A stretch of 39,312 nucleotides of DNA from Spirogloea muscicola (Eukaryota): NCBI GenBank assembly GCA_009602725.1, contig WELB01000002.1:1010218-1049529 (forward strand). The letters are read 5' to 3'. Positions 13,453 to 23,918 of the stretch are shown here, one piece after another; the stretch's first letter is position 1; every line of letters begins with the position of its first letter. The position numbers and the translations under genes are program-made. The notes beneath the pieces are model-generated. The model was not told the DNA's origin. It did not search any database and saw nothing but the letters and a program-made list of their open reading frames with translations.

Positions 13453-15420
13453 GTACTCCGACTTGCTGCTGACGCGGGGTTACTAAGTTAGTAAGCCGGC
13501 AGAGCCCTCGCTGCTGCCTCTGGCTCTGGCCAGGGGACCCACTTCCAGGAGCCCAGCATCTCTGATCTGCGGCTGCTTAGCAGGGGTTACTGAGTGTCTC
13601 GTAGCAGCTTTGTTTCTGTTACTTAGCGCTTCCCCTGGCCCCCTTCTCGTACTCTGTTCATTCTTCTTTTTCGGGCTGGTTGTTCCAGCCCCTATTCTCA
13701 ATGGGCGAGCACTTTCTTCTACTAAGTTCCCATTCGCTGTGATTTCTTGCATAGCTGTGTGGCTTTTCGGCCCCTTTGGCGGTCCCGTAATTATTCTCAA
13801 CTTGCACTTGCTGACTAGAGGTTATGGAGAGCTCCACCTGCTGACGACTTCAAAGCTAGTATCCTGCTTGTTGCCCCCATTTGGCCCCTTTTCGGCACCA
13901 CTTTCTGTGGCTTTGGACATTGTCCATTCTTTTGGGGCTGGCTTTGCCAGCCCCTCTTCTCTTTGGGCACTTTCTTCTTTTCAGATCGCCTGCGCCACTC
14001 GGGCCAAGGATAAAAACTTGCCGACCACTCGCGGGAGCATTTTATTTTCCCGCTCGCCAACGACACACACGGGGCGTTGGGCGCCCGGTGGCTCGAGCTG
14101 CTCAACGAGTTCTCACGCCACGCCATCGCCCGCCGCTTCCATGGAGAGCGGGTGGCATGTCATGCAGCCGGGTCGCTAGCGCAAGTGAACCGTATGCGCT
14201 TGGCCGTCTCGTTGCAGAGGTCCATTTGCCAGCCCCTCTTCTCTATGGGCGAGCTCTTCTTCCATGGCCCGCGCGCTGCACCTGCGTGCCGGACGAGCCC
14301 TCGCTGCTGCCTCTGGTCCTGGCCAGGGCCAGGGAACCCGCTTCCAGGAGCCAAGTTTCTCTGACTTGAGGGTGCTTAGCAGGGGTTACTGAGAGTTTCG
14401 TAGCTGCTTCATTTCTTTATGTGCTCGTGTTTCTTAGTGCTTCCCCTGGCCCCATCTCGCGCTTTGTTCATCCTTTTTTGGACTGGCCTTTTCCAGCCCC
14501 TATCCTCTATGGGCGAGCCCTTCTCCTGTCAGACCCTGTCTATTCCTTTGGGCTGGCCTCACACAGCCATTGCTGTCAATTTGGAAGCGATTTTCGGTGG
14601 CCACTTGAGTCGTTGTATGACTTTGACCTATTTCTGGCCCTTCGTAGTTTGTTCATTCTCGTTTTCTGGGCTGGCCAATCCCAGCCATCTTCATTTATTA
14701 CTTTCTTGGGCTTGCCAGCTGCATATCTGTCGTTCTTGCGCGTCCGAGTGTCAGCCTGTTTGCAGCGTGCTCAGGCTCATGCTTTGCCCCAGAAAGCTAG
14801 GCTACCTCTAGTTGGTGGGAGAAGGGCTTGGAAAGTGCCATCTGCTTTTCAGGCATTCATTAGCGACCTATAAGTGTTGACCCGTGGTTACTGAGCGGGT
14901 CAATTTGAAGTGGGTGATGTACGTCATCAGATGTGCTTGTCTTTGTACTTCAGCAATTCCCCTGTACAAAAAGGTACAGGGGGATTGCGTTCCAGCTGCT
15001 AGTCTTTCTAATTTGCGGCTCCTCACTCGTGGTTACTAAGCGATCCATCCTACCGGCCAAGCTCTGCTCACCCGTGGATATTATGCTTCCATCTGGATCA
15101 TCTCGTGTCCAGTCGTGTAGTTTTCCCATTCGGCACCGTTTTGTGACCTTTGGATTTTGACCATTCTTTTCTGGGCTGGCTTTGCCTAGCCTCACTTTTT
15201 TTGATGGGCGAGCAATGTTTTCTGAGACAGCGCTCCGGACTTTGTCAATTTTTTTCGGGTTGGCTGTTCACAGCCCTTGCCCCCTTTGTCGTACAGGTGA
15301 CGTACACTTGTCAATGTGTACTTGGCCACATATGGCACTCCATCTCTACACACGCATTCTCCTTTGGGAGAACCACACTTTCTTCGTACTTGGCCAGTGG
15401 GCTCCGTTTGTTCTAAATAC
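13453..15420 (+). mobile_element. Cluster 2: stacked and nested 3' fragments of RLE non-LTR retroelements of several subfamilies
   Basis: LL(T/S)RGY-type ends occur at ~13486, 13592, 13825, 14392, 14894, 15039 and 15082. A degenerate RLE segment lies at ~13985-14390 (RAKDK..FIFPLANDTHGALGARW..RMRLAVSLQR). GGGCTGG..CCAGCCC tails recur. Confidence 0.88.
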
Positions 15421-15881
15421 ACGATAATTCCTCTAGGAAGAAGCCGGGCCCAGTGTACTGGCTCGCGCGCTCCAAGCCGCCGCCTCCGCCGCCACCGCCG
15501 CGCGGGCTGTAGGCCGCCATGCCGGGTGCCGCGGAAGCCGCGCGCGGCCTGGCGGCGGCGGANCAAGGCGAGCTAAGATGCAGTGAGGCACTCCCTCTTT
15601 GTTACATTAAATCAGAAGTTTCCTGGGTACTCGAAGCACCACATCATGCCTCAGGGCAGGGAGTGCGTGTAGGCAACATTGATGATCACAAGGTCATTGG
15701 ATCCAGGGGTTGGAGGTTGATTGATATATACTGCATACAATGTCGAAGTCAAAAGGCTTAGGGCTTGAGAACAAGCATGTCTGTGGGTGAGGTCTTCCAT
15801 GTCACTCAGCTGAGTGCAATGCTTCTAGCTACTGCGTGGATAGAGTTTGAAGGTAATTTGATGGTCTGGTTGATCTTGCAG

Positions 15882-16750
15882 CCCTATGGAGTGAACTGCA
15901 AAGACAATGTTGTCAAAGAATGCGACGAGGAGGCCAGCATTCCTGCGCCCATTGCTCAGCAGTGAGTCAAAGACAGTGGAATTCTACCCTACCAGACACC
16001 ACAGTCATCAGGATCAGAGATGGACATCTCTGGAGTAGGATATCATGTGCCCAAGTAATATAGCAGCATATCAATAAATCTGGGGCACTATTTGATGCTA
16101 TGCTTGACATGAGCTAATTGTCGACTATCATCTGACTAGGGCAGTGGCAGTCGGAGCCGTCACATATGAGGCTGTCATAGGACACCAGCTGAAGAGGGAC
16201 GTACTCTTCTGCTACGACTTGGAGCTGCCTCGTGACTTTCAACCTGTTGCAAAGGGTACAGATACTGTGCCCCTCTAAAGAGGACATTCACATAATAATG
16301 CTAGTGGGAAAAGGATTGCGAAACAACAGAAGCAGCAAATTAGTATCTTCAGCGAGCCTGGCATGTCAAAATGACGTGCCCATTGACCTGTACTCAGATG
16401 GCGAAGTTGAGGACTTCATGCTTTTAACACTTGACGAAGTCTCATCCATCCTTCGTGACACAACGAAGTACAAGCCGAACTGCGCAGTTGTGGTTATTGA
16501 CTTCCTGTTCAGACACGGGTGAGCTCAGTGCCTTTGCACCAATAATTTTGACATGTCTCAGAACCTTATCTACAGCTCCTTGGGTTCTCATCTCCAGCCC
16601 TGTAGTCTTCTGGACTGCCTCTTTGTCATAGATTGCCACATGGCTGATAGCATGCCTAAATTGTTGCTGCCACATCTCTCCAGGTACATAACGCCCGAGG
16701 AGCAGGGCTACCTCGAGTTGCACAGAGCACTCCGGCAGGGACACACGTGA
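15882..16750 (+). CDS. NUDX20: Nudix hydrolase NUDX20/24-like, C-terminal exons only (15882-15961, 16140-16255, 16398-16518, 16684-16750); possible first exon from ATG 15519, broken by N at 15563
   Basis: The spliced sequence is PYGVNCKDNVVKECDEEASIP..AVAVGAVTYE..KRDVLFCYDLELP..DGEVEDF..KPNCAVVVIDFLFRHGYITPE..GYLEL. It contains a Nudix box (KECDEEA) and the plant NUDX20 C-terminus. Confidence 0.88.
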
Positions 16751-17279
16751 AAGAGTCCTAGCCCCTGGGCAGACGTTCACCCAAAGAGTGGGAGAAGTAA
16801 ATGACAAAGGACCGTCGCTTATAATCAGCTCACCAGGCAGCCTTTACCTGAGCTCGAAGGGACGTCTAATTCCTCGACTCAGCGTGTGCGGCTGGCCTAA
16901 TTACTTCCGTTTTCATAAGCTTATCTTCAACACATTGTTCCAAGTCATACTTGCATTGTTGCTTCATTGGCTGGTACACACACTGCACTGCTGCAAATTC
17001 CCCAGTCTACAACCTCGGCTCCCACTGCTTCGGCGTCTCTCGATCACCTCTCGGTCACTGGGGCTCTGCAAGCAGGCTCCAAGGCATCGTGGCAGCTCGC
17101 TCTCAGAAAGAGGAGCTCAGTTGGACGGGCTCCAGAAGAATGCAGTGGCTACAACGTGGCAATCAGAGAGGGATGGACCGGAGTCAGTGAAGTTCGTCCA
17201 GACCTCAGGCAGAAAAGGAGCCCACTGCTTGTAACAGTGGTGCTGTTTCCAGCCCAGAATCATGGCAGGAAATAAACAA

Positions 17280-18500
17280 TAAAAGGGGGCGAAGGCTGTA
17301 AAAGGCCAGCTCGAATAAGAATGTACAAGGCTGCAGAGAGGTGTGGTGGGCTCTTTGGAGGAGGCGTAGACGTGAAGGGCCAGTCAAAAGGGAAGGAAGG
17401 GGCCCGAGGGAAGAAAGTAAATTCGTCCGAAGGGGGCGAGGGCTGTGGAAAAGAAGAAACGCCAGCCCAGGTATATTGGACGAGGTCCAAAGGGCTGAAG
17501 GAGCTACATTTTCACAGCTATGCGAGTAACTCAGCAATGGAAAGGTAGACGAGGTTTGCGCGGGGGGGGGGGAGGGTCAAGCTCACTGTAACGTGCACGG
17601 AGAAGAAGAAACTGCTCGCCCATTGAGGATATGGCTGGAAAAGCCAGCCCAAAAAAGAATGAACAGAGTACAAGAAGAAGCTCTTCCAGGAGCGGGCAAT
17701 GGTTGTGAAAGGAGGACTCTTCCAGAAGAAGCAGCTCTTCTTCTGGAAGAAAAGAGACGCTTTCAGGTGAGGGCAGTTTGGTGTGAAAGGCCAGCCCAGA
17801 AATTGTGGTGAAGTAACGTTGGTATGGCTGGTTTGGCTGCTGGTACCCACAGCCGGTGCGACATCCGCCCGGTTCTCGGGAGCTCAGGGTCATTGACCAG
17901 AACATGTCCACTTTCCGTTGACTGCCAATCATCGACAAGCCGGGGCTCGGTTCCAACAAGGTGCCCAGAAGCAGCGGGGGGGTGGAAAAGCGGGTGTTGT
18001 GCGCAGCGCTTCCCCTGGCCCCCTTCTCGTTCTTTGTTCATTCTTTTTTGGGCTGGCTTGTCCAGCCCCTATCCTCAATGGGCGAGCCCTTTCTTCTCCT
18101 TCGCGTACTCTGTTCTTTCTTTTTTGGGCTGGCTTTTTCCAGCCCCTATTCTCAATGGGCGAGCACTTTCTCTGTTGTGCGCAGGGTGTGGTGCGCAGCA
18201 GGGGCCGAGGGGTTCCAAGGTTTGGGAGTCTCGGGGCTGTACACGCTCTTGCATAGCTGAGTGGTCTTAGCGCCATCTGGCCCATTTGACCTCGTGAATC
18301 AGTTATGGGCTGGCTTTACACATTCTTTTTGGGGCTGGCTTTTCCAGCCCCTATTCTCAACGGGCGAGCGCTCTCTTCTCTTTACACAGCCCCCGCCCCC
18401 CCGGAAGAAGTGGCACTCCCAATGGGGGCAAGGGCTGCGAAAAGCCAGCCCAAAAAGAATTCACAAAGGTTCAGAGGGGCCCCCGGAAGAGCCCACTTTG
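17280..18500. mobile_element. Cluster 3: retroelement 3'-UTR/hairpin-tail fragments on both strands
   Basis: Copies of cattcttttttgggctggcttttccagcccctattctcaatgggcgagc lie at ~17600-17690(-), 18007-18172(+, two units), 18323-18379(+) and ~18420-18480(-). Two insertions have direct-repeat flanks. Confidence 0.85.
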
Positions 18501-18591
18501 TCCTCTCTATGGATAGGCACTGCCTACCCAACAGGTAAAAGCTTGGGGCCCGGAGGCCCCACCCGCGGCGCCGCGCCCGCCGGGGCCCCCG

Positions 18592-18894
18592 CCGCGTGTC
18601 CATCCACGTGCGGCCTTTGACGTGGCGTGGCGGCCGCGGGGCCCGCCCACAGACGCGTGGCGAGTGACACGCGCCGTGCCCCCCGCGGCCCCGGGCGCGC
18701 GTCCTCGACGGGGCTTGCGGCCCCATCCCCCGTTTCCAGCAGGGCCACTGTTGGGAGACCGGCGCCGAGCCCCGCAGAGGACCACGACATGTGGCGCGGC
18801 GTCCGGACGCGTGGCGCGCGCAAGGAGGCCGGGATGCGGCTGACGTGGCCTGCAGCGCGGTGCCGCAGCCGCAGCGCACGGCGCGCCACGTGGC
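18592..18894 (+). promoter_or_regulatory. Cluster of ABRE/G-box and CE3-like elements
   Basis: CCGCGTGTC 18592, CACGTG 18605, ACGTGGC 18620, ACGCGTGGC 18653, GACACGCG 18666, ACGCGTGGC 18807, ACGTGGC 18843 and GCCACGTGGC 18885. All lie 250-550 bp upstream of ATG 19141. Confidence 0.65.
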
Positions 18895-19140
18895 GGCTCG
18901 GGCCCGGAGTGGCCGCCTTGTGCCCCCTCCCCCCCTCCTCCCCCACCTCCCTCCTCGGCTCGCGGCGCCAGGCGGCTGCCAGCAAGAGAAAACCCCCCCT
19001 CCCTTTCAAAAGGCCCATCCCCTGCCTCGCAGCCCCGCCCGTTCCCCATCGCCGCCGCCGCCGACGCCGCCGCCGCCAGTGCCAGCGCGGCGCGGCTCAG
19101 GCAGCCAGCCAGCCAGCGGCGGGCCACCCGGCGCTCCTCC

Positions 19141-21935
19141 ATGGCCACCACCATGGCCTCCGACCCGGCGTACACCGGCCCGACCACCACCGCCATGCCC
19201 GGCACCACGGCCACCACCCCGGCCGGCTCCAAGCCCCGCGGCAAGCTCTTCGGCGGCAGCACGGACACCTACGGCACCGTCAACCGCGGCACACCCATCT
19301 ACGCCGCCCTTGGCAGCCTCTTCTCCGCCCTCCTGCTCGTCCAGGTGAGCGACCGCACCTTCGGGCTGACCTCTGACGTGTGTCTCCACTCCCGAGGCTT
19401 GCCAGAGCACTTGATATGCATGTGCAGCTTGAAGTACTTGCCATGCGTTGGCGTCAGCATCAGCGTCAGTGTTGGCAGCATGTCCGCACAGAGGGTTGCT
19501 AACACTATGACATAATTGTGTGCAACGCCGTACAGGCCGCCTGGAGGGTCGCTCTGTGGTCGCAGAAGCCCACAGGCACATGGGGAGGCAACCACCGCAA
19601 CTTTTCCGCTGGTACTTTACCTGTCTGGATACTATGCGCTCCTCCCATCAGTCCTCAGTCTTAGGCAGCACTACTTGCAGTGTACACCGGACGACAATCA
19701 TCTGTCTCCTAGTCATTTAAGAAGTTCTTCTTGCTTCCGATTGAACTCAGAAGCTGGTAGCAGATTTTTGCTTTGAGTTCCCACGCCTGGTTGTGTGCGA
19801 CCTGGTGTCTCAAAGTCAAAGGCGAGCACTACGGTGTCAGTGGTCAGCGTCAATACTGACAAAAAGTATTGGCTACTTTGACAATAATCTAGCGTTATCT
19901 ATGTCATCAAAGTAGTCTAAGTCATAGCATTTTTCATTGTTCACACTTGTTTCTATTTAATTACTTACTGCAACACTGTCCTCTGCTCTTGTTGTGGTGT
20001 GATGTCTGCAGTGGCCATGCTCATAGCAGCACTTGTAAGCACTGCTCACCACAACCACGGCTAGATACTTCTGTCTTCTCTGCAAGGCCACTTACACGCA
20101 AGTTGAATGTTTTCTTGAACTAATTTTTTCATCTCGTTCGAGGAACCGAGAAAATTAGATAACTTAGGGAGGACAATGTCAAGCTGCAGAACAACATCTA
20201 AAGGGTGGAGTTTGTGGAGTTTGTGCACATTTTGCATGCAACTGCTTATGCAAACTGGTGGTTGCTTGCTGTACTAAAATTCCTGCACTGTACTTGGTCT
20301 GTCCAGGTTGAGGCCTTAGCTGCACTTTCAGGACTTTTCCTGTGCCTCTCAACGCTCTTCCATGATGGCTACCACCGCCTTCTGGCCATGAACACCCTCG
20401 CCTGGGCACTTCTTGCTCTGATTTTCACCCTCCCCATGTTCTGCTTGATTGAACCCTCCTACACACAAGCCCGCAACGACTCCCTGTATCCCGGCATCAG
20501 GGAATCGTATAGCAATGGCATCACCACCATGGTAAGCTTCTCCTGCAGGAGCAAGGAAAGAGTGCTCACACCTCTAACAGATTAATGTGGCGCATGCACT
20601 TCAGAACTTGAAATGCTTTGAGCTTTGAGCTCTTAGTTTGATGTACCAACGGTTTTTGTCTCAAGGACGTTCTTCAAATTATTTTATGTGGACTTTGTGC
20701 ACCTTGCAGAACTTATGGTTACATAACATCGTGTCTTGGTGCAGGGAATCTTTTGCCTGTTTGCGTACGAGTGTGCTCTGCATCTGGCACAGATCATCTT
20801 CGTATGGAAGCTGTTCCGCTCATTCGGCAACCCGGGCTACTACTTCCGGAGGAGCTTCTACAGACCGCTGGTCCTCCTCTTTGCGTAAGCCTTGTTCTAC
20901 GAATGGGTGTCGTGCACACTGCAGGAATTTCAATATATCATGCACACTGCAGAACTCTCAGAAGCCATTGGAGGGACTACTAACAAGGATGAGAGCTTTG
21001 GTTGTGCAGGACTCTCAAAAGCCCTTGAATGGCCTTTAATAAGTATGAGAGCTTTGGTTGTGCAGATTTTTGGTCTTTGTGGCTGGAGCTTCACAGTTGA
21101 TTGGTGGCTCTCTAGCCAATGAGCAGAGGGGTGATGGCCAGTACAACCCGCATGTTGTATCCAGTAAGTGTTTTGCGGCTGTTTTCGCTAGACGCCATGT
21201 GCATTCATCCACGTTTGACTTGCACGTGTTGCATTTTGAATGAAGTCTGAGAAAAGCCGTTTTCTGTAATGTATGCTGACACACCTGTTTTCGTTGGAAT
21301 TGCAGCCTACTGGTCTGGTCCTATGGTTATGGGCCATGCCTCGTTGACCATCATCACTGGTCTTCTGCTCCTTCTCTACTCGCTCTACTGCTTTGCCAGT
21401 GCTGGAGCTATCGGCAAGCCCATCATGCACTTTGCCATTGCCTCATTCATCTTCTTGTGGCAGGTATGTTCATCTTAATTCTGCAAGTTTGAGTTAGAAA
21501 AACAGACTCATGCTGCATGGGAAGGATTATTGGTGTGGAGCGGAAATAACAGCCTTGTTTGCTGCACATACTACTACTGCATACTCCTTAGCAGACAGGA
21601 AACTTTTGTGGCGGCTCTATATCTCTTATTCTAACATACGGAATATACTATTGCAGGTTGTTGTCATGGACTTCACTCAAGTGGGTCTTGCAGGACCTAC
21701 TTACCTCGCCGCCGACATGATTCCTATGATTACTGCCCTCACCTACATGCCCTGCTACCTGGCGTCCAACCTGGGTGTGGCCGACGCAACTGGCTCCGTT
21801 GGTGGAGCAGGCGGCCCAGGCACAGGCGTTGGCACTGGTTATAATACTGGCGCTGGCACTGGCTATGGTGCTGGCGCTCCAGGCACTGGTTATGGAGCAG
21901 GAACTCCTGGGTATGCTGGACCGGCTGCTGTCTGA
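19141..21935 (+). CDS. Uncharacterised multi-pass membrane protein (~400 aa, ~8 hydrophobic segments), 8 exons (19141-19344, 19536-19611, 20012-20034, 20307-20531, 20745-20884, 21066-21163, 21306-21463, 21657-21935)
   Basis: All junctions are GT-AG and phase-consistent, giving one uninterrupted frame. It has a Thr/Pro-rich N-terminus, repeated hydrophobic stretches and a GTGYG-repeat C-tail. I do not recognise the family. Confidence 0.82.
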
Positions 21936-23918
21936 AGACAGTCACTTTTTACCCTCCCTTGATCCTGTTTCCCTCCTTCGCTGAGAACATGTGGAACATG
22001 GCAACCGCAGCATTCTTTATTCTTCACAAACCACCCTGCTATGTAGACAACCTTGCTTGAAACGGTGGATCATCTACTGCGAACCTGTACCCCAAGTTGC
22101 ACATGTTGTTCATCTTCTTTTCAGCAATCATCCTGTGGGGCTTGTTGTATATTCCGGAACTCCTCCAGAGTTCCTCAACAAAAACAGTAGCAAACAGTTC
22201 CAGGCCTTCTCACAAGGAATGGTTTGTACAAAATCTCATGACTTTTTGATTTTTAATGAAATATGTGATGGGTGATTGATTATGAAGTCGACATCGCATA
22301 TCTTGAATGTTGACACCGTTGATAATGTATCTTCACTGAGCATCTGGTAGAACACTGGCACAGTTGCGATTTGAAAAATAACAAAGTTCACTTATTAACA
22401 TCCATTTAGCAGATTTTGAATATATCATTGCATGCGGAAGTTTTCAAGTTTTACTCTGCACGTTAACTTCAATTTGGAAGCCTCATCCATATGATACATT
22501 AGTTGTTGAAAAATGTAAACCTTTACCTGTTTATACCACCGTTGTCCCTCACTTTCATTTTGATGATATATAATACGTTCTGCAGAGTAAATTTGACAAA
22601 TAAATCAACAGTAGCCCCCTCACCAAACAGTGGAGCTTGGAATCTACCTACCATACTCCTCACTCCCTTCTGAAGTGAGGTTCGGTAATTCGAAGCTTTG
22701 CGCCATATAAATGGCACCACATGTCTGTTATTAGTGATAGGCTAACATACATCTGAGCAGTAACCTTCATGATTGACACGTCTGAAAACGTAAAAAGGAT
22801 AATTCACAGCTTCAAAAATACTGTACATAGTAGGTGGTCATTTTTTCACATTGGGACCTGAGCGAGGTAGAATATGGCTTTTTGCTTGTGATGATACCTT
22901 TTTGCTTGTGGTGCACTGTGATGTGAAGCTGGGTTTAGTGGGTGTAGTCTTCGAAGTATTTGGGATTATCAGAATTCTGGCACATCACAAAATATGTGAT
23001 ATTGCTGTTCTAGTAAGCTGATCTAGTGACAGTCTTCTTCCCACGAGCTTGAGACATCCCGCAGCAACTGATTGAGAGAGAAATTATTGACATGAGCGTG
23101 GTTATTGACGTGTTACCTTGTTGCATGCGTGCGTTGAGGGCTGGGAGAAACATCTGAGATTTTAGACTGGTGAAAGAATTATGTAAGTTGAACTTCTCTT
23201 TCTTTTAGTTGCCAATAGCTGATGACTGCGTCTGTCCAAGTGCAGGCATGTGTGTCTGTCAAGCCAGCCAGCAAAGATTTCCTCTTTGCAGTCTGTTGGT
23301 GCCAGTGCTACAACAATATCACTTTAAGAAGGGACAAGCTTGCACGTGCAGACAAGTTGCAGTACTTGCTGTGGCTGTGGGCGCTAGGTCTGAAAGTAGG
23401 TAAGGCGCCTCAATTGGAGAACTTTTGTGCCTCACAACAAGGCTCCCGACTGCAGAGGATCATGGACCGTGGCCATTGCACCAAAGGTAATGATGTGCAG
23501 GTTGGCAGTGCCGTCAGTGCCTCGACCGGCACATGTGATTAGCTCACACCTTCATCCGCAAGCAGACAATGCAGCAGGCACCTAGCAGCACGCAGAGGTC
23601 TCAGGCTGGGAAGAATGAGTGCGCTGTTGCTGTACAGTAAAAGCAAGTCACGCTGCCCATGCAGTTAAGCTCGAGCAGCATGCGAATGTCTGCATATGAG
23701 AATGTATGCGCATGCAGAGGCATGCCTGAAGCAAGCAAGCACAGCTCTCGAGGAGAGCTATCCCAACGCTACTGTGACGAACTTGCAAGGTCACTGTGAA
23801 GACTACTTCCTACGAGCTACAAATGTTCTGTGGCTTCTCCTGCTGGTATGTGCGCTCTTAGGCAAGGTACTCCACATTGCACGACGGCTGATCTGAAAAC
23901 GAAGCCGCATGAGGACTA

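Noticed and set aside
16788..17275. ORFs downstream of NUDX20
   Set aside because: No family motif or convincing splice structure.
17600..18480. Palindromic ~45-bp repeats as a CRISPR or REP-like array
   Set aside because: Spacing is irregular, copies lie on both strands in a eukaryotic context with no cas genes, and TSDs plus linkage to RLE ORF ends show they are retroelement tails.
19141..21935. Assignment to the GPR1/FUN34/YaaH or AWPM-19 families
   Set aside because: Resemblance is only superficial (AGASQLIGG, Gly-rich tail); there is no NPAPLGL motif and the size and topology do not fit.
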